This document shows positions 8,595-16,419 of a DNA stretch of 64,000 nt, piece by piece (position 1 is the first letter of the stretch; each line of letters begins with the position of its first letter). The DNA is taken from contig JACKHA010000012.1 of NCBI GenBank assembly GCA_020639215.1, positions 7,896-71,895 on the forward strand, in the 5' to 3' direction. The translations under genes and the position numbers were made by a program. The notes under the pieces were generated by a model. It saw only the letters and a program-made list of their open reading frames with translations, did no database searches and was not told the origin of the DNA. Origin of the DNA: Phycisphaeraceae bacterium. GTDB taxonomy: Bacteria > Planctomycetota > Phycisphaerae > Phycisphaerales > UBA1924.

Positions 8595-9743
8595 TCAGGC
8601 CTTGGGCTTCGAGCCCTCCTTGCCGCCCACGCCGTCGTCGTCCTCGACATCCAGCTCCGTGCGACCAACGGTGCGGCCGATCTTGTGGACCTTGTCCGTC
8701 AGGTCAGCTGGATTCTTGCTCTTATCCACCATCTCCTCGGCGGAGATCATGCCGCGCGAGTACAGCGACCACAGGTGGTCGTCCAGCAGCTGCATGCCGA
8801 ACTTCTTGCCGGTCTGGATCATCGAATCGATCCGGAACGACTTGTTGTCGCGGATGAGGTTGGCGATGGCGGGGGTGACGACCAGGAACTCGTAGGCCGC
8901 CACCATGCCCGGCTGGTCCACGCGGCTGAGCAGGGCCTGGGACAGGACGCAGATCAGGGCGGTGGACAACTGCACGCGGATCTGGTTCTGCTGGGCCTGG
9001 GGGAAGGCGTCGACCACGCGGTCGATCGTCTTGGCCGCCCCGGTCGTGTGCAGGGTGGCGAACACCAGGTGGCCCGTCTCGGCGGCCCGGATGGCCGACT
9101 CGATGGTCTCCAGGTCGCGCATTTCGCCGACCAGAATCACGTCCGGGTCTTGGCGGAGGCATCGCCTCAGGGCCTCGGCGAAGTTTGGCACGTCGTTGCC
9201 GACCTCGCGCTGGTTGACGATCGACTTCTTGTGCTTGTGGTAGTACTCGATCGGGTCTTCCATCGTGACGATGTGTCGGTCCATCGACTGATTGATGAAG
9301 TCGATCATCGTCGCCAGCGAGGTCGTCTTGCCCGAGCCTGTCGGGCCGGTCACGAGGAACAGCCCACGCGGACGCCGGATCAGTTCCCGGCACATGTCGG
9401 GCAGGCCGATCTGCTCCAGCGTGAGCAGCTTGTTGGGGATCTGGCGGCAGACGATCGCCAGATCGCCGCGCTGGCGGAACACGGAAACGCGGAATCGGGC
9501 GGCCTCGCCGTAGGCGAAGCCGAAGTCGGTGCCGCCCTCTTCCTGGAGTTCCTGCTGGTTGCGCTCGGGGGTGATGGCCTTCATGAGGGCCACCATGTCC
9601 TCGGAATCCAGGATCTTGGTCTGGAGGTTCCGCAGGTGCCCGTGCAGGCGGATGGTTGGCGGACGCCCCACGGTCAGGTGGAGGTCCGAGGCGTTGAGCT
9701 TGACCACCGTGTCAAGCAGGCGGTCGATCTGCATCGTGGACAT
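8595..9743 (-). CDS. pilT: type IV pilus twitching-motility (retraction) ATPase PilT (382 aa)
   Basis: ORF 8595..9866 trimmed to ATG 9743 (alternative 9734): MSTMQIDRLLDTVVKLNASDLHLTVGRPPTIRLHG. Walker A VTGPTGSGKTTS, DPDVILVGEMRD, GHLVFATLHT, and the PilT signature PAIANLIRDNK. Confidence 0.93.
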   Translation of the reverse strand: MSTMQIDRLLDTVVKLNASDLHLTVGRPPTIRLHGHLRNLQTKILDSEDMVALMKAITPERNQQELQEEGGTDFGFAYGEAARFRVSVFRQRGDLAIVCRQIPNKLLTLEQIGLPDMCRELIRRPRGLFLVTGPTGSGKTTSLATMIDFINQSMDRHIVTMEDPIEYYHKHKKSIVNQREVGNDVPNFAEALRRCLRQDPDVILVGEMRDLETIESAIRAAETGHLVFATLHTTGAAKTIDRVVDAFPQAQQNQIRVQLSTALICVLSQALLSRVDQPGMVAAYEFLVVTPAIANLIRDNKSFRIDSMIQTGKKFGMQLLDDHLWSLYSRGMISAEEMVDKSKNPADLTDKVHKIGRTVGRTELDVEDDDGVGGKEGSKPKA

Positions 9744-9815
9744 GGGGGTCTCGCTGAGCAGTACTGGGTGCTGAGTGCCGAGTACCGGGTGGGGTTGTGG
9801 GCTGTCCTGAAACGA

Positions 9816-9855
9816 GTCCTGAGTCCTGAGTCCTTGGTCCTGGAGGTCGGGCAAC
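9816..9855 (-). promoter_or_regulatory. conserved 40-nt 5'-leader box, copy 2 (upstream of pilT)
   Basis: + strand gtcctgagtcctgagtccttggtcctggaggtcgggcaac has a single mismatch (9834 t versus 6176 g) to copy 1. It ends 72 nt before the pilT ATG at 9743. Confidence 0.6.
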
Positions 9856-9894
9856 GGGGTGCTCAAAACGGTCCGAGCATCCGAGGCTCTCGCC

Positions 9895-9990
9895 GTGCCC
9901 TGTCTCGCTGTCTCGCTGTCTCTTCCTCTCTCCGTCTCTGTATCTCTTCTCTTCGTCGCTCCGTCGCTTCGTCCCTTCGTCGCTTCCGGC
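9895..9990 (-). repeat. purine-rich post-stop spacer with shared 18-mer and 12-mer
   Basis: + strand gtgccctgtctcgctgtctcgctgtctcttcctctctccgtctctgtatctcttctcttcgtcgctccgtcgcttcgtcccttcgtcgcttcc. The 12-mer is at 9928-9939. The 18-mer at 9951-9968 lies 22 nt 3' of the pilB-like TAG (9991-9993). Confidence 0.85.
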
Positions 9991-11697
9991 CTAGTCCTGC
10001 GCCTCCACCTGGGCGACGCGGGCGATCTCGTCCGGCGTGGTCACGCCGGCGAGCACCTTCAGCTTGCCGTCCTCGACGAGCGACCGCATGCCGTTGGCGA
10101 CCGCGGCCTTGCGCACCTCCGGCAGCGGCGCCAGGTTGAACGCCAGGTCGCGGATCTGCGAGTTCATCAGCATCATCTCGAAGATCGCCTTCCGCCCGCG
10201 ATAGCCCGTCCGGTTGCAGTTCTCGCACCCGACGGCCTTATGGACCTTGCCAGCCCCGTCGCTGGCGCTCAGCCCGATGAGGCTCATGAACTTGGGGTCC
10301 GGGTTCGGATCGACCTGCTTGCACTTGGGGCACAGGATGCGGATGAGGCGCTGGGCCATGATCGCCTGGATCGACGAGGCGACCAGGAAGGGCTTGATGC
10401 CCATGTCCACCAGACGCGTGATGGCCGAGGGTGCGTCGTTGGTGTGCAGCGTCGAGAACACCAGGTGGCCCGTCAGCGCGGCCTGGATGGCGATCTCGCC
10501 GACCTCGCGGTCGCGGATCTCGCCGACCAGGATGATGTTGGGCGCCTGGCGGAGCATCGACCGCAGGATCTCGTGGAACCCCAGGCCGATGCCCTCCTTC
10601 ACCTGGCACTGGTTGATGCCGTCGAAGTTGTACTCGACCGGGTCCTCGGCGGTGATGATCTTCTTGTCGGGCTTGTTCAGGACGTCCAGGGCCGAGTAGA
10701 GCGTGGTGGTCTTGCCCGAGCCGGTGGGCCCGGTGACCAGGAAGATGCCGTTGGGGCGCCGGATGATCCGGTTGAAGATGGCCAGGTTGTCCTCCTCGAA
10801 GCCGAGGTTGACCAGGCCGATGCGGACCGAATCGGGGCGGAGGATACGGGCCACGACCGACTCGCCGTGGTAGGCCGGGCAGGCCGAGACGCGGAAGTCG
10901 ATGTCGGTGCCGTCAACGCCGAGCTTGATGCGTCCGTCCTGCGGGACGCGCTTCTCGGCGATGTTCATCGAGGCCATGAGCTTGAAGCGGCTGAGCACCG
11001 CGTTCTGCATGCGCTTGGGCAGGTTGTCGCGCTCGATGCACACGCCGTCGATGCGGTAGCGCAGGCGGACACGGTCGGCCATCGGCTCGATGTGCACGTC
11101 CGAGGCCCGCATCTTGACCGCCTCAGTGAGGATGCGGTTGCACAGGCGGACGATCGGGGCGTCCTCGCCCGCGATGTCGATCGACTTGTCCACCGAGCGG
11201 TCGACCGACCTGTCGATCGACTCCGAAACCAGCGACTCCTTCGCCGAGACCTCGCGCTCCTTGCTCTTGAGCGTGCCCTCGATGTAGGAGCGGATCTGGC
11301 CACGAGACGCGAGCTTGGGCTCCAGCTCCACGTTGAGGCGGAAGCGGAGCTTGTCCATCAGCTCGATGTCCATCGGGTCATGGACGAGCAGCTTGAGCTT
11401 GCCGTTGGCCTTGCCCAGCGGCAGGACGAGGTTCTTCTTGATCAGGTCGTCGGGCACGAGCGAGGTGTCGATCTGGTTGGCCGCGCCGTGGGCCGACAGA
11501 TCGACGTACTCCATGCCGAACTGGTTGGCCAGGGCCTTGGCGACGGCCTCTTCGCTGGCGAAGCCGAGCTCGGTCAGCACCTCGCCGAGGCGCTTGCCCG
11601 AGCCCTTGGCGACGGCGGCGGCCTTCTCGGCCTGCTCCTTCGAGATCGTCCGCCAGGACACCAGGATGTCGCCGAGTTTCGTGCGGGATCGTGCCAT
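9991..11697 (-). CDS. second GspE/PilB-family assembly ATPase with N-terminal MshEN-like domain (568 aa)
   Basis: Walker A VTGPTGSGKTT, APNIILVGEIRD, GHLVFSTLHTND, tetracysteine CPKCK...CENCNRTGYRGR. The N-terminus reads KLGDILVSWRTISKEQAEKAAAVA and RLGEVLTELGFASEEAVAKALANQ. Confidence 0.92.
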   Translation of the reverse strand: MARSRTKLGDILVSWRTISKEQAEKAAAVAKGSGKRLGEVLTELGFASEEAVAKALANQFGMEYVDLSAHGAANQIDTSLVPDDLIKKNLVLPLGKANGKLKLLVHDPMDIELMDKLRFRLNVELEPKLASRGQIRSYIEGTLKSKEREVSAKESLVSESIDRSVDRSVDKSIDIAGEDAPIVRLCNRILTEAVKMRASDVHIEPMADRVRLRYRIDGVCIERDNLPKRMQNAVLSRFKLMASMNIAEKRVPQDGRIKLGVDGTDIDFRVSACPAYHGESVVARILRPDSVRIGLVNLGFEEDNLAIFNRIIRRPNGIFLVTGPTGSGKTTTLYSALDVLNKPDKKIITAEDPVEYNFDGINQCQVKEGIGLGFHEILRSMLRQAPNIILVGEIRDREVGEIAIQAALTGHLVFSTLHTNDAPSAITRLVDMGIKPFLVASSIQAIMAQRLIRILCPKCKQVDPNPDPKFMSLIGLSASDGAGKVHKAVGCENCNRTGYRGRKAIFEMMLMNSQIRDLAFNLAPLPEVRKAAVANGMRSLVEDGKLKVLAGVTTPDEIARVAQVEAQD

Positions 11698-11943
11698 GAA
11701 CCGGTGTCACTCTCGCTCGGGTGCTGATCGGGACCGACACCCCGCCCCGGCCTGGGGGCCCGGACGACGATGCCTGGATAGGGAGAGGATGGTATCGCGC
11801 CGCACGCCCCGCCGGGAGCCCGCGTCGGTGGGATTCACGCCCGGAGCCGCCAACAATACCGGTTCACCCCGATCGACGGGCGAAGCGACGGGCCGATCGA
11901 CAGCCGTCGCGATGGGCGGATCGGCGGACGGAGACAGGACCGG

Positions 11944-12741
11944 ATGGCGGGTTCGAACGGACATGTCGAGATGAAGCCTTCCAAGAGCCACCCAGCCGGC
12001 GCCGAACGCGGCGGGCCGCCGCGTTTGCTGATCACCGCCGGCCCGACCCAGGAGCCGATCGACGCCGTCCGGTACATCGGGAACCGCTCGTCCGGGCGGC
12101 TTGGCGTGTCGCTGGCAGAAGAGGCCGCCCGTGAGGGGTGGCGCGTGACGCTCCTGCTGGGCCCGACGCCGCGGCAGCCTGCCGATTCGCGGATCGACCT
12201 CCACCGGTTCCGAACGACGGCGGACCTGCAGGCCCTGCTGGGCCAGCACCTGCCCCACTGCGACGTGCTGGTCATGGCGGCGGCCGTAGCCGACTATCGC
12301 CCGAAGATCGACGCCGCGACCCTGGGCGGAAAGCGTCGGCGGGTGGCCGAGGGTCTGACGATCGAACTCGAGGCCACGCCGGACCTTCTGGCCGGGTGCG
12401 CGGCCAGCCGGCGGGCGGACCAGACCCTGGTCGGCTTCGCTTTGGAGCCCCGCCAGGAGATGGTCGCCTCGGCCCGACGGAAACTGACGCGGAAGAAAGT
12501 GGATCTGATCGTCGCCAATCCTCTCGAAACGATGGACGCCGAGACGATCGAGGCCACCGTTTTCGGGGATGAGCCGACCGGCCTTGCCGGCGGGCGATCC
12601 ACCCCCGGCCCGATCGCCAAGACGGCGTTCGCCGGGTGGCTGCTTGGGGTGATCGGTGAGGTTCGGGAGCGGATGGCTCCCACAACAGGGGATGGCGCTG
12701 GCGAGGCGACTTCCGCTCGGAGCGACCATGCCAGACGGTGA
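11944..12741 (+). CDS. coaB: phosphopantothenate-cysteine ligase domain protein (stand-alone CoaB-like, 265 aa)
   Basis: LLITAGPTQEPIDAVRYIGNRSSGRLG and VLVMAAAVADYRP match the CoaB half of CoaBC. No flavoprotein (CoaC) half is present in this ORF. Confidence 0.7.
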   Translation: MAGSNGHVEMKPSKSHPAGAERGGPPRLLITAGPTQEPIDAVRYIGNRSSGRLGVSLAEEAAREGWRVTLLLGPTPRQPADSRIDLHRFRTTADLQALLGQHLPHCDVLVMAAAVADYRPKIDAATLGGKRRRVAEGLTIELEATPDLLAGCAASRRADQTLVGFALEPRQEMVASARRKLTRKKVDLIVANPLETMDAETIEATVFGDEPTGLAGGRSTPGPIAKTAFAGWLLGVIGEVRERMAPTTGDGAGEATSARSDHARR

Positions 12742-14986
12742 CCAGCACGGCGGACCAGGGAATCAGGGTGGCGATTGGCAACCCCCGACTCGGCGCGGGC
12801 CGAGGCCGGTGCGGGTCAGCCCGCCGGGTAGTGGCGGGCCGGGCGGTGGGCCGGGGGGCGGCGCGCCGCGCGGGCCGCGGCAAGGGGGATCGCGATCCGG
12901 GTTCGGCGGCGGCTACGGCGCCGGGTTCGGGTCCGGGGGTCCGGGGCGTGGGCCGCGATCGGGATTTGGGCCGGGCGGGGGGCGCGGGCCCCGGATGGGT
13001 GGCGGCTTTGGCGGTGGGCCTCGGCCGGGGCCGGGGCCGCGGCGTGAGGCTGGTCCGGGCCAGGGGTTCGATGGGCCGCGCGGGCCGCGCCAGGAGCGGA
13101 CGCCGCCGCTGCGGGTGCTGTACCAGGACGAGGCGATCCTCGCGGTTGAGAAGCCGGCGGGGATGGCGTTGTCGGTGCCGCCCGGCAAGCCGCGGCGACC
13201 CGGGACGCTGACCCTGCAGGATCAGGTGCTCGAGTACGTGCGGAGCGAGGGCGGTCGCAAGGCCGGGGCGTGGGGCGTTCACGACCTGGACCGCGAGGCG
13301 TCGGGGATCGTGGTGTTCGCGCGGAGCCCGGCGGCGGCGGAGTCGGTGCGCTCGGCGTTCGGATCGAAGAAGGGCGATGCGATCTACCTGGCGGTGGTGG
13401 ATGGCGTGGTCGGTGCGGGGCCGCGAGTTGTGATGGAGAGCGGCGGCGTGCCGCACGATTCGTCGGGCGACGCCGATGGCGAGTCCGCGAAGGGCGACGA
13501 CACGCGCGACGACGCGGGTGATGGCGAGTCGAGCGGCGATGACAGTGGTCGTGGCGGACCGGCGACGCAGGATCGCCCGTTCACCGGCACAGTTCGTTCG
13601 TTCGTGCGGCGCGTGGGGCCGCGGGTCGAGAGCATCCCGCCGGACGAGTTCACCGGGGATCGTTCGGGCGGGAAGCGTGTCGAGACGCCGCGATTGGCGA
13701 TCACGCACTACCGGGTGGTGGCGTCGGGGCACGGTCGGACGCTGATGCGGCTTCGGCTCAAGAGCCCGCGGATGCACCAGGCGCGGGTGCACATGCGCGA
13801 CCTGCGCCATCCGGTGACGGGCGATTCGTTCTACGGCGCGGGCGAGCGGGTCGGTCGCACGATGCTGCACCTGGCGGAGATCACGTTCCCGCACCCGACG
13901 ACGCACAAGGCGGTGCGTCTGTCCAGCCCGGCACCGGCGTCGTTCTGGCAGGCGGTTGGGGCCGAGGCGCCGGCGGAGGCGGGGTCGATTCGGGCGAAGG
14001 TGCGGGAGGCGGGAGCGCCGGGTCGTGGCGCTGATGCGGCGGGCGAGTCGCACGCGGCGTCGGCCACGGCGGGCGCTTCATCGGAAGCCGCGGGCATTGT
14101 TGGGGCGGGCGAAGCCGGCGACGCCGATCGCGGCTGGGAGCACGTGGCCGAGTGGTACGACGCGCTCGTGGCGGGAAAGAACAACGACCTGCAGGACGAG
14201 GTGGTCACGCCCGGCGTGCTGCGCCTGCTGGAACCGCGGCGTGGTCAGCGGGTGCTGGACGTGGCGTGCGGGCCGGGCGAACTGGTGCTGCGCCTGGCGG
14301 GCATGGGGGTTGAGGCGGTGGGTGTGGATGCGGCACCGCGGATGATCGAGATCGCGCGCCATCGCGCCGAGCAGGCGAGGCCGCGGGTTGCTCAAGCGCC
14401 CGGGCACGAAGGCGCCGGTGGCAGCGCGAACGCCGATGCGATCGCGCGTTTCGAGGTCGCCGATGCCCGATCGCTTCGCGACGGGCTGCGCGACGATGCG
14501 CCGTTCGACGCGGTCACCTGCGTCATGGCGCTGATGAACATCGACGACCTGGGCGCGACGCTCGAGGGCGTCGCGTCGCTGCTGAAGCCCGGCGGGCGCT
14601 TCGTCGCGGTCGTGCTGCACCCGGCGTTCCGGTCGCCCGGCGTCACGACCTGGGGCTGGGCGTCGCAGGCGGTGTCCGCCGGCGGTCGGGGCGGCATGGC
14701 CCACCGCCAGTACCGGCGCGTCGATGCCTACCTCTCGCACGCCACCAGCGACGTGACCATGAACCCCGGCTCGGTGGCGCGCGGCGAGGCGCCGGTCGTG
14801 ACGCACACGCACCACCGCCCGATCGGGGCGTACGTCTCGATGCTGGGCCGGGCCGGGATGCTGGTGGACTGCCTGGAGGAGTGGGCCAGCCCGCGCCGCA
14901 GCCAGGCGGGGCCAAGGGCCGCGGAGGAGGATCGGGCCCGCCGGGAGATCCCGATCTTCATGGCGGTGCGGGCGGTCAGGCGATAG
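12728..14986 (+). CDS. fusion protein: Gly/Arg-rich N-terminal region, RluA-family pseudouridine synthase and class I SAM methyltransferase (752 aa)
   Basis: ORF 12656..14986 trimmed to ATG 12728 (MPDGDQ). Residues 1-125 are RGG/GFG-rich. RluA motifs: VLYQDEAILAVEKPAGM, HDLDREASGIVVFARS, PRMHQARVHMRDLRHPVTGDSFYG. The C-terminal methyltransferase has VLDVACGPGELVLRLA, FDAVTCVMALMNIDD and LLKPGGRFVAV. There is no stop between the domains. Confidence 0.8.
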   Translation: MPDGDQHGGPGNQGGDWQPPTRRGPRPVRVSPPGSGGPGGGPGGGAPRGPRQGGSRSGFGGGYGAGFGSGGPGRGPRSGFGPGGGRGPRMGGGFGGGPRPGPGPRREAGPGQGFDGPRGPRQERTPPLRVLYQDEAILAVEKPAGMALSVPPGKPRRPGTLTLQDQVLEYVRSEGGRKAGAWGVHDLDREASGIVVFARSPAAAESVRSAFGSKKGDAIYLAVVDGVVGAGPRVVMESGGVPHDSSGDADGESAKGDDTRDDAGDGESSGDDSGRGGPATQDRPFTGTVRSFVRRVGPRVESIPPDEFTGDRSGGKRVETPRLAITHYRVVASGHGRTLMRLRLKSPRMHQARVHMRDLRHPVTGDSFYGAGERVGRTMLHLAEITFPHPTTHKAVRLSSPAPASFWQAVGAEAPAEAGSIRAKVREAGAPGRGADAAGESHAASATAGASSEAAGIVGAGEAGDADRGWEHVAEWYDALVAGKNNDLQDEVVTPGVLRLLEPRRGQRVLDVACGPGELVLRLAGMGVEAVGVDAAPRMIEIARHRAEQARPRVAQAPGHEGAGGSANADAIARFEVADARSLRDGLRDDAPFDAVTCVMALMNIDDLGATLEGVASLLKPGGRFVAVVLHPAFRSPGVTTWGWASQAVSAGGRGGMAHRQYRRVDAYLSHATSDVTMNPGSVARGEAPVVTHTHHRPIGAYVSMLGRAGMLVDCLEEWASPRRSQAGPRAAEEDRARREIPIFMAVRAVRR

Positions 14987-15003
14987 CGACGCGGGGCATC
15001 GCG

Positions 15004-15276
15004 ATGCTGTTCATGGTCATCGAGCACTTCGAGGACGGACGGGCGGCGGAGGTGTACCGGCGTTTCCGCGAGCGGGGTCGGATGGCTCCGGACGACGTGC
15101 GGTATGTAGCCAGTTGGGTCGACACCGACTTCCGGCGGTGCTTCCAGGTGATGGAAGCGCCGTCGCGGGCGTCGCTGCAGGCGTGGATGGACGCGTGGAG
15201 CGACCTGGTGCGGTTCGACGTGGCGGAGGTGCGCACGTCGGCCCAGGCCGCGGCGATCATGGACGCCGACGCGTGA
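15004..15276 (+). CDS. DUF3303-like small protein (90 aa)
   Basis: ORF 14881..15276 trimmed to ATG 15004, after the upstream TAG at 14984-14986: MLFMVIEHFEDGRAAEVYRRFRERGRMAPDDVRYVASWVD... The family assignment is from memory of DUF3303-type N-termini. Confidence 0.6.
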   Translation: MLFMVIEHFEDGRAAEVYRRFRERGRMAPDDVRYVASWVDTDFRRCFQVMEAPSRASLQAWMDAWSDLVRFDVAEVRTSAQAAAIMDADA

Positions 15277-15294
15277 CGCCGGGCTCGACCCGCC

Positions 15295-15723
15295 TCACAC
15301 CGCCTCCATCTGGCGGATGCGCTTGGCCTGCTTGACGTTCTCGACGCACTGGCGGAGGCGTTCGCGGATCTCGCGGGGCTGGGCGATGGCGCGGAGGTGC
15401 AGCACCGGGGTCGCGTGATCGGTGGTGGCGATCCAGATCGTGCCGAGATTGACCATGCGCTCGATCGGGGTCTGGGTGACGGCCGAGTCGCGGACGCGGT
15501 ACAGCTCGACTTCCTCGAGGCGGCGGGAAACCACGCCCCACTCCATGCGCAGACGCTCGGTGGTGAGCGTCATCCGCATGGACCTGGTGACGAGCAACCG
15601 GTGGATCGCCAGGAACACGGGGATGATGAGCCAGCAGAACAGGATGCTCAGGACGAAGAAGCGGAAGTTGCTCCACTGGCTGGGCGTGCCCTGCCAGACG
15701 AGTTGCTCGTGGGGCGGCTCCAT
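15295..15723 (-). CDS. membrane protein with bacterial PH (bPH_2/YdbS-like) domain (142 aa)
   Basis: N-terminal hairpin of hydrophobic segments (FRFFVLSILFCWLIIPVFLAIHRLL) followed by ...TLTTERLRMEWGVVSRRLEEVELYRVRDSAV...LGTIWI, which is the YdbS/YdbT-type layout. Confidence 0.6.
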   Translation of the reverse strand: MEPPHEQLVWQGTPSQWSNFRFFVLSILFCWLIIPVFLAIHRLLVTRSMRMTLTTERLRMEWGVVSRRLEEVELYRVRDSAVTQTPIERMVNLGTIWIATTDHATPVLHLRAIAQPREIRERLRQCVENVKQAKRIRQMEAV

Positions 15724-15815
15724 CGCCCGAGTCTACAGCGGTGCCCGTGCGGGCGAAGGGGCCCTTGCCGGCTTCCGCGCGGATTCGCCGTTGTGGAGGC
15801 GTGATCGGACCCGCG

Positions 15816-16229
15816 TCACGCCGCGCGACGCAGGAGGCCGGCCGCCAGCGTGTCGAGCAGGCGGTGGCGATCGGCGGCGTCGGCGAAGGACGTGAAGGCG
15901 GCGGCCATGCGGACGGGGCCGGGCACGCCGTCGTTGTCGGTCCAGACGATGCGCCCCATGGCCTCGACCGAGGGCGGGCCGTCGTCGAGGGTGATGGCGT
16001 CCGGGTTCAGGCTTCGCGGGAGCCAGCGGGGCAGGTTGACGCGGAGCGTGACGGGCGTGCCGGGGGGCAGGGCCTCGTCGAGTTCGAACTGGGCGCCGCC
16101 CTCGGCGATGTCGTAGGCGTGTCCCTCGAGGGTGCGATCGGCCCCGGCGATCTTGACCTCCACGCCCGTGTACATGGGCAGGGTGGCGAATCGCTCGTGG
16201 CGGCGGCGGTTGGTGGTTGGGGCGAGCAT
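15816..16229 (-). CDS. PilZ domain protein (137 aa)
   Basis: ORF 15816..16493 trimmed to ATG 16229: MLAPTTNRRRHERF... (RxxxR motif) and DIAEGGAQF (D/NxSxxG-type motif). Confidence 0.7.
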   Translation of the reverse strand: MLAPTTNRRRHERFATLPMYTGVEVKIAGADRTLEGHAYDIAEGGAQFELDEALPPGTPVTLRVNLPRWLPRSLNPDAITLDDGPPSVEAMGRIVWTDNDGVPGPVRMAAAFTSFADAADRHRLLDTLAAGLLRRAA

Positions 16230-16419
16230 GGGACGGCTCCGTTTGAGAGGGCACGTCCGGTATCGGCGCGGGAGGGGTGCGGCTTCAGCGTTCGGGCGGA
16301 AAGAGCGCGTTTGGTGCAGGAACGTGGGAGGCGTCCGATGGTGGCGCGAGATGTGCGCGTGGAGGGAGAACCGCGGGCTGGCGCCGCGCGGCTCGTGTGC
16401 GCGTCGGGCGTCGATGGAC

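Noticed and set aside
9744-9990. Regularly repeated short units in the T2SS spacers, considered as a possible CRISPR array or tandem satellite
   Set aside because: The units are 7-18 nt, irregularly spaced and purine-biased, without alternating unique spacers of constant length. No cas genes are present.
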